Origin: a virus
Lineage: Duplodnaviria; Caudoviricetes
DNA: 64,000 nt
IMG/VR virus record: IMGVR_UViG_3300028025_000089
Direction: 5' to 3' (one strand)
Positions within the stretch are counted from its first letter, which is position 1. Each line of letters opens with the position of its first letter. The notes under the pieces are model-generated. The model was not told the DNA's origin. It searched no databases and saw only the letters and a program-made list of their open reading frames with translations. Below are positions 1 to 9,700 of the stretch, in pieces. A program made the translations under genes and the position numbers.

Positions 1-687
1 GCTGACACATCATTAGAAAGTGAATTGGCAACTACTGAGACATCTATCAACACTGCAATTTCTACTGAAACTTCTGCTAGAATTTCTGGTGATGCATCGT
101 TAAATTCTAAATTAGATCTTGAAGTTGCCGATTTAAATGATCAAGTTTCTACTGAAACTTCATTAAGAGAATCTGCTGATAATTCATTGTTTGTTAACTT
201 GAATGATAAAATCGTTGTTGAAACTTCTGAAAGAGTATCTGCCGATAATTCATTGTTTGTTAACTTGAATGATAAAATCAATACTCAAATTTCTACTGAA
301 GAGTCCTCAAGAATTTCAGGTGATGCGTCATTGGCTTCGTCTTTATCTTCGGCTGTTGAAACATTAGAAAATGCAGATTTGGCCGAAAAATCAAGCAGAG
401 AATCTGCTGACGCTTCATTAGCAGCTCAGATTTCCGCAATCAACGCTTCTGATTTTGGTAAAACTGCACCAGGTTCACAACCTAATGGAACAACAACAAA
501 CTTTAATATTAATCCACAACTTGTTAATAACACCGAGTTCGTATATCTTAACGGTCTACTTCAGGAAGCAGGTGAGGATTATACTACGTCTGTTGATTCA
601 CAAACAGGTAACATTGCAACAATCGTGTTCGCAAATGCACCTAAAGCGGGTTCTAAATTACAAGTTGCAGGTAACGTAGTTGCTTAA
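1..687 (+). CDS. C-terminal part of a long coiled-coil virion fibre/appendage protein (5'-truncated by window edge)
   Basis: Frame is open from base 1 (ADTSLESEL...), so the TTG at 25 is not the true start. Repeats of the type E-x-S-x-R-I-S-G-D-A-S-L with 11/22-aa period, then a small beta-rich C-terminal domain (VYLNGLLQEAGEDYT). Confidence 0.65.
   Translation, partial: ADTSLESELATTETSINTAISTETSARISGDASLNSKLDLEVADLNDQVSTETSLRESADNSLFVNLNDKIVVETSERVSADNSLFVNLNDKINTQISTEESSRISGDASLASSLSSAVETLENADLAEKSSRESADASLAAQISAINASDFGKTAPGSQPNGTTTNFNINPQLVNNTEFVYLNGLLQEAGEDYTTSVDSQTGNIATIVFANAPKAGSKLQVAGNVVA
172..279 (+). repeat. Near-exact direct repeat, 66-nt (22-aa) period, encoding SADNSLFVNLNDKI twice
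   Basis: gataattcattgtttgttaacttgaatgataaaatc occurs at 178-213 and 244-279. Confidence 0.9.
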
Positions 688-705
688 TAATTTGTAAATG
701 AATTC

Positions 706-739
706 AAAAAAAAAAAGAGTCCTTCGGGACTCTTTTTTT
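706..739. terminator. Bidirectional intrinsic terminator
   Basis: A-tract, GAGTCC-TTCG-GGACTC (cUUCGg loop), T-tract, between convergent genes. Confidence 0.9.
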
Positions 740-742
740 GTA

Positions 743-1945
743 TTATAGATTATCAAATAAATTTGTTTCGGGATTATAAATTAAATCTTTATTCCCACCA
801 TTAAATAAATTGTAAATAAGTTTGTCATAGGTTTCAACCAAAACTTCATTGTCCGCATGGTATCTTTGAAGAACCTTATCATTTCTTTCATGATACTCGA
901 TTAAATTATTATCGTGTTCTGATAATATGTAATCCAATTGTTTTGCTCCACCAACTGTGTCAGATCCTTCGTAATAATAACCAAGATCTTTACACAAAGG
1001 TGCGTTATGTAAAACAGGATAACCCAAAAACGCGGCATCCATATATAAATAATTCAACGGATTTAAAACTTGATGACAAACAAGAACATCCAAATGTTGA
1101 GTTAGAATAAATGCAGTTTGATATCTTGCTTCGCCCGAAACTCTTTTGTCTTTATATAAATCAAAAGTTTTTACAATCGCCATAAACTCATGATTAGTTT
1201 TTAATTTTTCAGCGTTTGTAATCATCAAACTATTTATTTTTTCTTTACCAATTTCACCTCTATAACATTCCTCAACCACCAAAGATGGTATAAGTGCATA
1301 TTTGACTATATTAATATTTGGTTCCATAATACCAATAGTCTTTCTTTCTTTATTAGGAACGTATTTATATCCTTTTTTGTATTTTCCTTCTAAGTGAGAT
1401 CTTTCAATTTCTTTTACACTTTCCAATAAAAATTTGTGGTGCCAAATAAAAGGGACCATTATTGCATCAGTTCTATACACCGTTTTGAAAAAACCAAAAT
1501 TTGTTTCGTGTTGTTGTGGAATATACCAAACCTCATCAAAAGTTGTTTCGTATTCAATATAATTTTTTTGATTTTCACCAAATAAAACTTTTTCAGTATT
1601 CAAAATGTAGTTATTACCACATTTGTATGCGACATATCTTTTATTAGGATCTTCTTTAAATTTTAATATTTTTGATTCGTGAATTTGTGCTCCCATCATA
1701 ATAATAAGATCCATCTCCATATATTTGTCGTCAAAGAAATATATGTCAAGATCTTCTAAATATTTTGCCTTTGTTAAATTATCACCCTCAACTTTAACAC
1801 TATTTAAAATACAAACTTCATAATTGTTTGTTGAGTTTTTTAAAAGATGCGACAACATTAAAACATTTTGTTTCATACCATTTGTCCATATTGACTCAGA
1901 GTAACTTTTAAGTGCTAATGTGATTCCAATTTTTAAATTTTTCAT
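743..1945 (-). CDS. DUF2827-like putative glycosyltransferase, paralogue A
   Basis: N-terminal KIGITL...SIWTNGMKQN and C-terminal NPLNYLYMDAAFLGYPVLHNAPLCKDLGYYY resemble DUF2827. Start moved to the ATG at 1945, one base after the upstream stop codon. Confidence 0.7.
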   Translation of the reverse strand: MKNLKIGITLALKSYSESIWTNGMKQNVLMLSHLLKNSTNNYEVCILNSVKVEGDNLTKAKYLEDLDIYFFDDKYMEMDLIIMMGAQIHESKILKFKEDPNKRYVAYKCGNNYILNTEKVLFGENQKNYIEYETTFDEVWYIPQQHETNFGFFKTVYRTDAIMVPFIWHHKFLLESVKEIERSHLEGKYKKGYKYVPNKERKTIGIMEPNINIVKYALIPSLVVEECYRGEIGKEKINSLMITNAEKLKTNHEFMAIVKTFDLYKDKRVSGEARYQTAFILTQHLDVLVCHQVLNPLNYLYMDAAFLGYPVLHNAPLCKDLGYYYEGSDTVGGAKQLDYILSEHDNNLIEYHERNDKVLQRYHADNEVLVETYDKLIYNLFNGGNKDLIYNPETNLFDNL

Positions 1946-1946
1946 A

Positions 1947-3095
1947 TCAATAAATTTTATTTTCTTCCCAATTATATTTTTTTCTTTCAAACTTATTATT
2001 TAAAACATTTTCAACAAGTTCTTTGTATTGGTCAACTAAAGTTTGATTTTCTTTAGTGTATCTTTTTATAATTTCTCTATTTTTGTTGATGTATTCTTTA
2101 TAATTGTCATTATGATTTTTAATAACATCGTCAATTCTATTTAAAGCCTCGTCTCCATTGAATCCTTCATAGTAATAACCAACGTCTTGACACATGGATC
2201 CATTATGGATAACAGGATACCCCATCCAAGCAACATCCAACCATAAATAATTTAAATTATTTTCCCATTGCCAACTAAAAACAAAATCGGTATGGTCAGG
2301 AACAATTTTGGCCGTAGGGTATCTATCCTCAACACTTACTATTTTACTTTTACCGATTTCGGTTGATAAAACAAAATCAATAAATGGTTTTGATGTTTTT
2401 ATAACATCGGCACCAAATAAATATATGTGACTCAGAGGATTTATTTTTTGATTTTTTTCTAATATTACTATCGGTAAAACAACATTTTTCATTACAGAAA
2501 TATTAGGTTCCATAACCGAACACCTTTCTATTTTTCTTGGTGCATATGTTTCTTTGTTTCTTAATTTAAACGTTTCTTCAATTACAAATGGATCCCAAAT
2601 AAATGGGACAACAGTTACTTTATCTTGACCTGTAATAAACTGATAAAAACTATAGTTGGTTTTTTCCATTTGAGGTATTGACCATACTTGATGTGGTTTT
2701 TGATCTAAATCATATCTATTTCTAAAATAAGTAGTATCTTCATTTTTTTTAAATAAAATATTTTCAGTTTTCATGAGGTAATGATTACCACATTCATATG
2801 CTACTATTTTTAGATCTTGATTTTTTATTTTCCATTTTTTGAAGTGTGTTTTTTGCACCGTAAATCCCAATTGAATAACCAAATTATATCTTATATTATA
2901 AGATTTTTCTAAACTAAAAATGTTTATTTCGTTTTCGTATTTTTTTATTTCTTCGATTGTGTTTTCATTACCACAAATTAAATCAACAATATATCCACAT
3001 TTTTTTAACACTCTCGCTAAATATATGGCGTTTTGATTAACTCCATTTGAAAATAAATTGCCTTTTATATTAATTGTTATTCCAATTCTTTTCAT
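1947..3095 (-). CDS. DUF2827-like putative glycosyltransferase, paralogue B
   Basis: RIGIT...LFSNGVNQN, MEPNISVMKN, NNLNYLWLDVAWMGYPVIHNGSMCQDVGYYY; co-linear with 743..1945. Confidence 0.7.
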   Translation of the reverse strand: MKRIGITINIKGNLFSNGVNQNAIYLARVLKKCGYIVDLICGNENTIEEIKKYENEINIFSLEKSYNIRYNLVIQLGFTVQKTHFKKWKIKNQDLKIVAYECGNHYLMKTENILFKKNEDTTYFRNRYDLDQKPHQVWSIPQMEKTNYSFYQFITGQDKVTVVPFIWDPFVIEETFKLRNKETYAPRKIERCSVMEPNISVMKNVVLPIVILEKNQKINPLSHIYLFGADVIKTSKPFIDFVLSTEIGKSKIVSVEDRYPTAKIVPDHTDFVFSWQWENNLNYLWLDVAWMGYPVIHNGSMCQDVGYYYEGFNGDEALNRIDDVIKNHNDNYKEYINKNREIIKRYTKENQTLVDQYKELVENVLNNKFERKKYNWEENKIY

Positions 3096-3098
3096 TTT

Positions 3099-3653
3099 TT
3101 ATTTTTTTATATGTTGATTTACAAACTGTAAAATAATTTGATTTTTTTCTTCATCTGTTTTTGCGTTAGCCCATAACCATAAAAAAGAAGTTTCAAGTGA
3201 TTTAAGTTCTTGTTTTTTTTCGTTCACAATTTTTTCTAAAAGAAAAATATTTGTTTCATCTAAATCTACCTCTATAGATAATTTTTGGGCTATTTTATAT
3301 AAAGTCAATAGATCATTTTTGTCATAAGCCCTTTGAGCATCAGTATACATTGTCACCAAATAAACATCTGTGGTTTTATCGGGATGACAAAATTTTGCAA
3401 TACTTCTAAAAACACTTTTTATTTTAAGTAATTCTTCGTCAGAAACCTCGTATTTTTTATCAACTTTTTTATTTTCGTTTTTAGTATCCCCAGATTGAAT
3501 TGGTATTTCTTCGCCAAGATCGTGAATTTCTTTCATGAATAATGGTCTGTAATGAGAATTAAACTCATCAACATATTCTTCTTCTGATTCTAATAGATTT
3601 AACTCCTTTATTAGAAGTCTTAACTTTAAGTTATTTAATTTTTTGTTTGACAT
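3099..3653 (-). CDS. J-domain (DnaJ-like, HPD motif) co-chaperone
   Basis: VFRSIAKFCHPDKT followed by AQRAYD, the helix II-HPD-helix III pattern, inside a helical protein. Confidence 0.7.
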   Translation of the reverse strand: MSNKKLNNLKLRLLIKELNLLESEEEYVDEFNSHYRPLFMKEIHDLGEEIPIQSGDTKNENKKVDKKYEVSDEELLKIKSVFRSIAKFCHPDKTTDVYLVTMYTDAQRAYDKNDLLTLYKIAQKLSIEVDLDETNIFLLEKIVNEKKQELKSLETSFLWLWANAKTDEEKNQIILQFVNQHIKK

Positions 3654-3741
3654 CTATTATAAATAGATTGAAATCTCTTTGAGTTTATATTTATAGATGT
3701 TAATGAATATTATTTCATATAACAGAAATATTTAAAATAAG

Positions 3742-6700
3742 ATGCCAATATATAATAGATTAACAGACCGTCAAAAAGTTTCAGCTGTAACTTTAAATGA
3801 TATATTTCACGTAGTAGTTACGGGAGACACAACACAGAGCCCTCAAGGATCATCTTATTATGCTCCTTTGAGTGATCTACAATCATTATTAAGTGGTTCT
3901 ACAGGTCCTGCAGGAACTTCAGGAACAAACGGAACAAGTGGAACAAACGGAACTTCAGGGACAAATGGTTCTAGTGGAATTAATGGAACATCAGGAACTA
4001 ACGGAAGTTCGGGGACAAATGGATCTAGCGGAACCAATGGAACATCAGGAACAAACGGAACTAATGGGACATCTGGAATTAGCGGATCTTCAGGGACTTC
4101 AGGTTCAAGTGGAAGTTCAGGTTCAAGTGGAAGTTCGGGAACTAATGGAACAAGTGGAACTAATGGTAGTTCAGGAACAAATGGATCTTCAGGGACTAAT
4201 GGGACATCAGGAACTAATGGAACTAGTGGGACAAACGGGACTAATGGAACATCGGGATCATCAGGCACGAGCGGATCAAGTGGGACATCAGGGACTAACG
4301 GAACTAGCGGAACAAACGGGTCATCAGGAACTAATGGAACTAGTGGTTCTTCAGGAGCCAATGGAACTTCAGGGACTAATGGAACTAGTGGTTCTTCAGG
4401 AACTAACGGAACTTCAGGGACTAATGGGTCTAGTGGTTCTTCAGGAACTAACGGAACAGACGGATCAAGTGGGAGTAGCGGCACTAACGGAACGTCAGGT
4501 GCTAATGGCTCAAGTGGGACTAATGGGACATCAGGAACTAACGGAACTGACGGATCAAGTGGAACAAATGGCACGTCAGGGTCTAGCGGCACAAATGGAA
4601 CTTCAGGAAGTAGCGGAACTTCTGGAACAGATGGTTTAACATGTATAAATTATACTTTATCAGCACCAGGACCGACCGACTCACAATTTACAGGAACAAC
4701 ATGCGATGGAGTTCAACAAACAGGTAATGTTGCATCTGGAACCTCATACAGTGATTGTTTTATTAGTGGTTCTGTAACTATGAATAATGGTGGTATAATA
4801 ACAAATAATGGAATTTGTGTTGGAACGTCAGGGACAAGCGGGACTAACGGAACTAATGGAACATCAGGAACGAATGGAAGTGATGGGACGAGCGGAACTA
4901 ATGGAACATCAGGAACTAATGGAACATCAGGGACGAATGGAACCGATGGTTCAAGTGGAATTAATGGTTCTTCGGGAACTAACGGGACTTCGGGAACTAA
5001 CGGAACAGATGGTACTAGTGGTCTAAATGGAACATCAGGAACGAATGGGACTTCAGGAACAGATGGTATAAGCGGAACAAATGGGACATCAGGAACTAAT
5101 GGTTCAAGTGGATCGTCAGGCACAAATGGAACAGATGGAACAAGTGGGACTAACGGGACATCAGGGTCTTCAGGAACAAATGGAACTGACGGAACTAGCG
5201 GTTCTTCAGGGACAAATGGAACTGACGGAACTAGTGGTTCTTCAGGGACAAATGGGGCCGATGGTTCAAGTGGAACAAATGGGACTTCAGGAACTAACGG
5301 GTCTAGTGGGACAAATGGAACCGATGGAACATCCGGAACTAATGGGACTGATGGTTCAAGTGGGTCTAGCGGAACTAATGGAACTAGCGGTAGTTCAGGA
5401 ACAAATGGTACAAATGGAACTGACGGAACTTCTGGTACTAATGGAACCGATGGAACATCAGGGACAAACGGGACTAGCGGTAGTTCAGGAACAAATGGAA
5501 CTGACGGAACTTCTGGTACTAATGGAACCGATGGGTCAAGTGGAACTAGCGGAACTAATGGAACATCAGGAACTAATGGAACCGATGGTTCAAGTGGAAC
5601 TAATGGTTCTTCAGGGACTAATGGAACTGACGGAACATCGGGAACGAATGGAACAAGCGGAACTGACGGAACATCAGGATCTAGCGGAACAAATGGTACA
5701 AGTGGGACTAACGGAACGTCAGGAACTAATGGGACCAATGGAACTTCAGGGACTAACGGTAGTTCAGGAACTAACGGAACCGACGGAACATCTGGAACTA
5801 ATGGAACGTCAGGATCTAGCGGAACTAATGGCACCGATGGGTCAAGTGGAACTAGCGGAACTAATGGAACATCAGGAACTAATGGAACCGATGGAACAAG
5901 CGGAACAGGATTTAACACAGTTCAAGATCCCGCATTAACAAGAGTATTAACTTCTGACGGCACTCCAAACGGAGCAATTGCTCAATCAGGTTTAACATAT
6001 AATGGAACACAATTAACGGTTACGGGTCTTACATATACTAGTGGTGTTACATCGACCTCTAAAATTACATTTCCACAAATAACAATCAATAGTAGTTATA
6101 CGGCAACTACAAATGATTACATGATAGATGTTACAGGAGGAACATTTACAGTTTCTTTACCAAGTGCTGTAGGTATTCAAGGAAGATTATTAGTTGTTAA
6201 AAATAATGGTGGGGGTGCAGTAACCGTAGATCCATATGGAAGTGAAACTATTGATGGAAAACCATTTGTTATTTTAGGCGAAACAAACTCAATACAATTA
6301 GCAAGTAATGGAAGTGAGTGGGTTGCATTAGGATATAATATATCAACCGTAAACTCTTCAACAGGTGTTTTTGAATTTACGGGACTAACAAAAGTATCAA
6401 ATACAACCTTTAATGTTGCACGTGTTAAAGGATGGATAGTTGATGATACAACTAACCCTTTAAGTCCCCAACTTTATTATGTAGATTTTAGTGGTGGAAC
6501 ATTTACCGATAATTATGTGACCACCGATTTTGAAACCTTTGTTTATTTAACAAGTGGTGGAACAATTGGTCAGCAACCAACAATCTTAACAGAACAACAA
6601 AGAAGACAAAATATCTTTTTAGGTAAAATAGGACACCCTGAAAAAACATCAATTAATTTAGTTTTTTCTCAACCTGATTTTGTCCAATCTCCATTATCAC

Positions 6701-9700
6701 AACTTCGTGATATGTTTGTTCCAATTAATTTAATTAATGGTGGGGTATATCCTTCACCTAATGGGGCAAATTTAAAAATTAATACAAGTGCGGGTTACAT
6801 ATATGGTTTGGGTATTAATTTCGCATCGAATACATTAGAACCAAATTCATTATCAATATCAGGAACTAGTCCTTGCACATTTCAATATAGAACTCAAACA
6901 GGTGGGACGGTTACAAATGTTACTGATATTGATCCACTTAACTATGATGTTGGTGGAGTTAAAACACCAATAACAGGAACTAAAACAACAAACCAAAGAA
7001 TTTTTTTATTACAAAATGGTTCGTTTAGAATTCAATACGGTCAAAACGTTTATACCACATTTGCAGAAGCGGTTGCATCATTACAAACCGAATCATTCAC
7101 GGAATTCCCTAATTTTATTAACAATGCCGTTCTTATTGGAATCTTAACGGTGACATCGACCGCAACTGATTTAACGGATCCTGCAAAGGCAAGATTTTTC
7201 TTCGCATCCAAATTTGGTGAAACTGTAGGTGCTGCGGGAGGAGTGTCAACAACAAACTTACAACAGGCATACAACAACTCATCTCAACCTGAAATCACAA
7301 CTAATTCAACATTAGGTGCTGTTTCAATTAAAAGAGGTAGTGCTTCTGACGCTGATCATGTATTTGAAATTCAAGATGGTGCTGGTGTTGATAGAATGTT
7401 AGTTAATGGTTCAGGTAGAACAACAACGACAGATTTAACAATTACAGGTCTTACAGTTAATTCAGGATTGACAAGATTTTTAGTTGTCGATACAAGTGGA
7501 AACACATATTACAGAACAAGTGGTGCCGATGGAACATCGGGAACTAACGGGACATCAGGGACTAATGGAACTAGTGGTAGTTCAGGAACTAATGGTACAA
7601 GTGGAACCAATGGAACTAGCGGTAGTTCAGGGACAAATGGAACATCCGGCACAAACGGGACTAGCGGTTCTTCAGGGACTAATGGGACAAACGGGACATC
7701 TGGAACGAATGGCACAAGTGGAACAAATGGAACTAGTGGTTCTTCAGGAACTAATGGAACAAACGGCACATCAGGGACTAATGGAACATCTGGCACAAAT
7801 GGTTCTTCGGGGACTAACGGTAGTTCAGGAACAAATGGAACATCTGGCACAAACGGGACTAGCGGTAGTTCAGGAACAAACGGGACTTCAGGAACTAATG
7901 GCACAAGTGGAACCAATGGAACTAGCGGTAGTTCAGGCACAAATGGAACATCCGGCACAAACGGGACTAGCGGTTCTTCTGGAACCAATGGAACAAGCGG
8001 TAGTTCAGGCACAAATGGAACATCAGGATCTAGCGGAACTAATGGAACATCAGGAACTAATGGAACTAGCGGTTCTTCAGGCACAAATGGAACAAGCGGA
8101 ACCAATGGGACTAGCGGTAGTTCAGGAACAAACGGAACAAATGGAACTTCAGGGTCTAGCGGAACTAATGGAACAAACGGTAGTTCAGGCACAAATGGAA
8201 CATCAGGATCTAGCGGAACTAATGGAACCAATGGAACATCGGGAACAAACGGAACTAGCGGTAGTTCAGGGACTAACGGCACATCAGGAACAAATGGGAC
8301 AAGTGGAACTTCACCAACAGTTCCAGGATCAAATGACCAAGTATTAACTTCAAACGGGTCAGGTGGAATAGTTGCAGAATCTTTATTAACATTTGATGGA
8401 ACTAAATTAAGTATGTTATACCAATCAGGTGATGAAGGTGGTGAATTATTCTTAAACAAGGCGGTTACCAATACAACATTAAGTGGTGGAATTACAATAG
8501 ATTCATACCAAAATAAATTAAGATTTTTTGAACAAGGTGGAACTGCGAGAGGTGCGTATATTGATTTAACAGCATGTGCTGCCGGTGTTGGCACAAATTT
8601 ATTAAGTGGTGGTGGAACGACTAGTGGAACAAATGGAACATCGGGAACCAATGGAACATCGGGAACTAATGGAACAAACGGAACATCCGGCACTAATGGC
8701 ACAAGTGGAACTTCAGGATCTAGCGGAACTAATGGAACATCGGGATCTAGCGGAACTAATGGAACATCGGGAACCAATGGGACTTCAGGGTCTAGCGGAA
8801 CTAACGGAACAAGCGGAACCAATGGGACTAACGGAACAAGCGGTTCTTCAGGCACTAATGGAACTAATGGAACAAGCGGAACGAATGGAACTAATGGTTC
8901 TTCAGGAACAAACGGCACATCAGGGACAAACGGGACATCTGGCACTAATGGAACAAGTGGTTCTTCAGGGACTAATGGAACTTCAGGGACTAATGGGACT
9001 AGCGGTTCTTCAGGGACAAATGGAACATCGGGAACCAATGGGACTTCAGGGTCTAGCGGAACTAATGGAACATCGGGGTCTAGCGGAACTAATGGAACGT
9101 CAGGAACTAATGGAACAAGTGGTTCTTCAGGAACTAATGGAACTTCAGGAACAAATGGAACTTCAGGAACAAATGGAACTAGTGGTTCTTCAGGGACAAA
9201 CGGGACAAGTGGTAGTTCAGGCACTAATGGAACTAATGGTACAAGTGGAACTAACGGTAGTTCTGGAACTGACGGAACAAGCGGAACAGGATTTTCATCA
9301 ATTTCACCAACTACAAATGATAACATATTAACAGCAAACGGAACTTCAAATTCTGCAGATTCAGAACCAAATTTAACATTTGACGGAATAAATAATATTC
9401 TGAATGTAACGGGTAGAACCAACATGACAGACTCAACTGCAGCACCAGCACCTTCGTTAAGTATTGTAAGTAACCCAACAGTACCGGTTAAAAGAACAAT
9501 ATCTGTTACTAATTCAGGTGACGGTATAAATACAAATGATCTATTTGGAGTTCAAACATTAGTGACAGGTGCGGTTAATAGTGCAATTGGATACTCTACT
9601 GACGTTTCAGATGCCGTAGGAGAAAATATTGGTGTTGATATTATCAATGCTTCAAGTCAGTCAGGATCAACTCAATGGGGGTCAAGAACAAACGTTGTGA

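Noticed and set aside
3901-9290. Repeat blocks as a CRISPR array or satellite
   Set aside because: 9-nt degenerate coding units with synonymous variation and no unique spacers.
3858-9425. Long antisense (PLVPLVPDV...) and alternate-frame (MELQELME...) ORFs over the fibre gene
   Set aside because: By-products of the Gly-X-Y codon repeat lacking stops in other frames; they end at the repeat boundaries.
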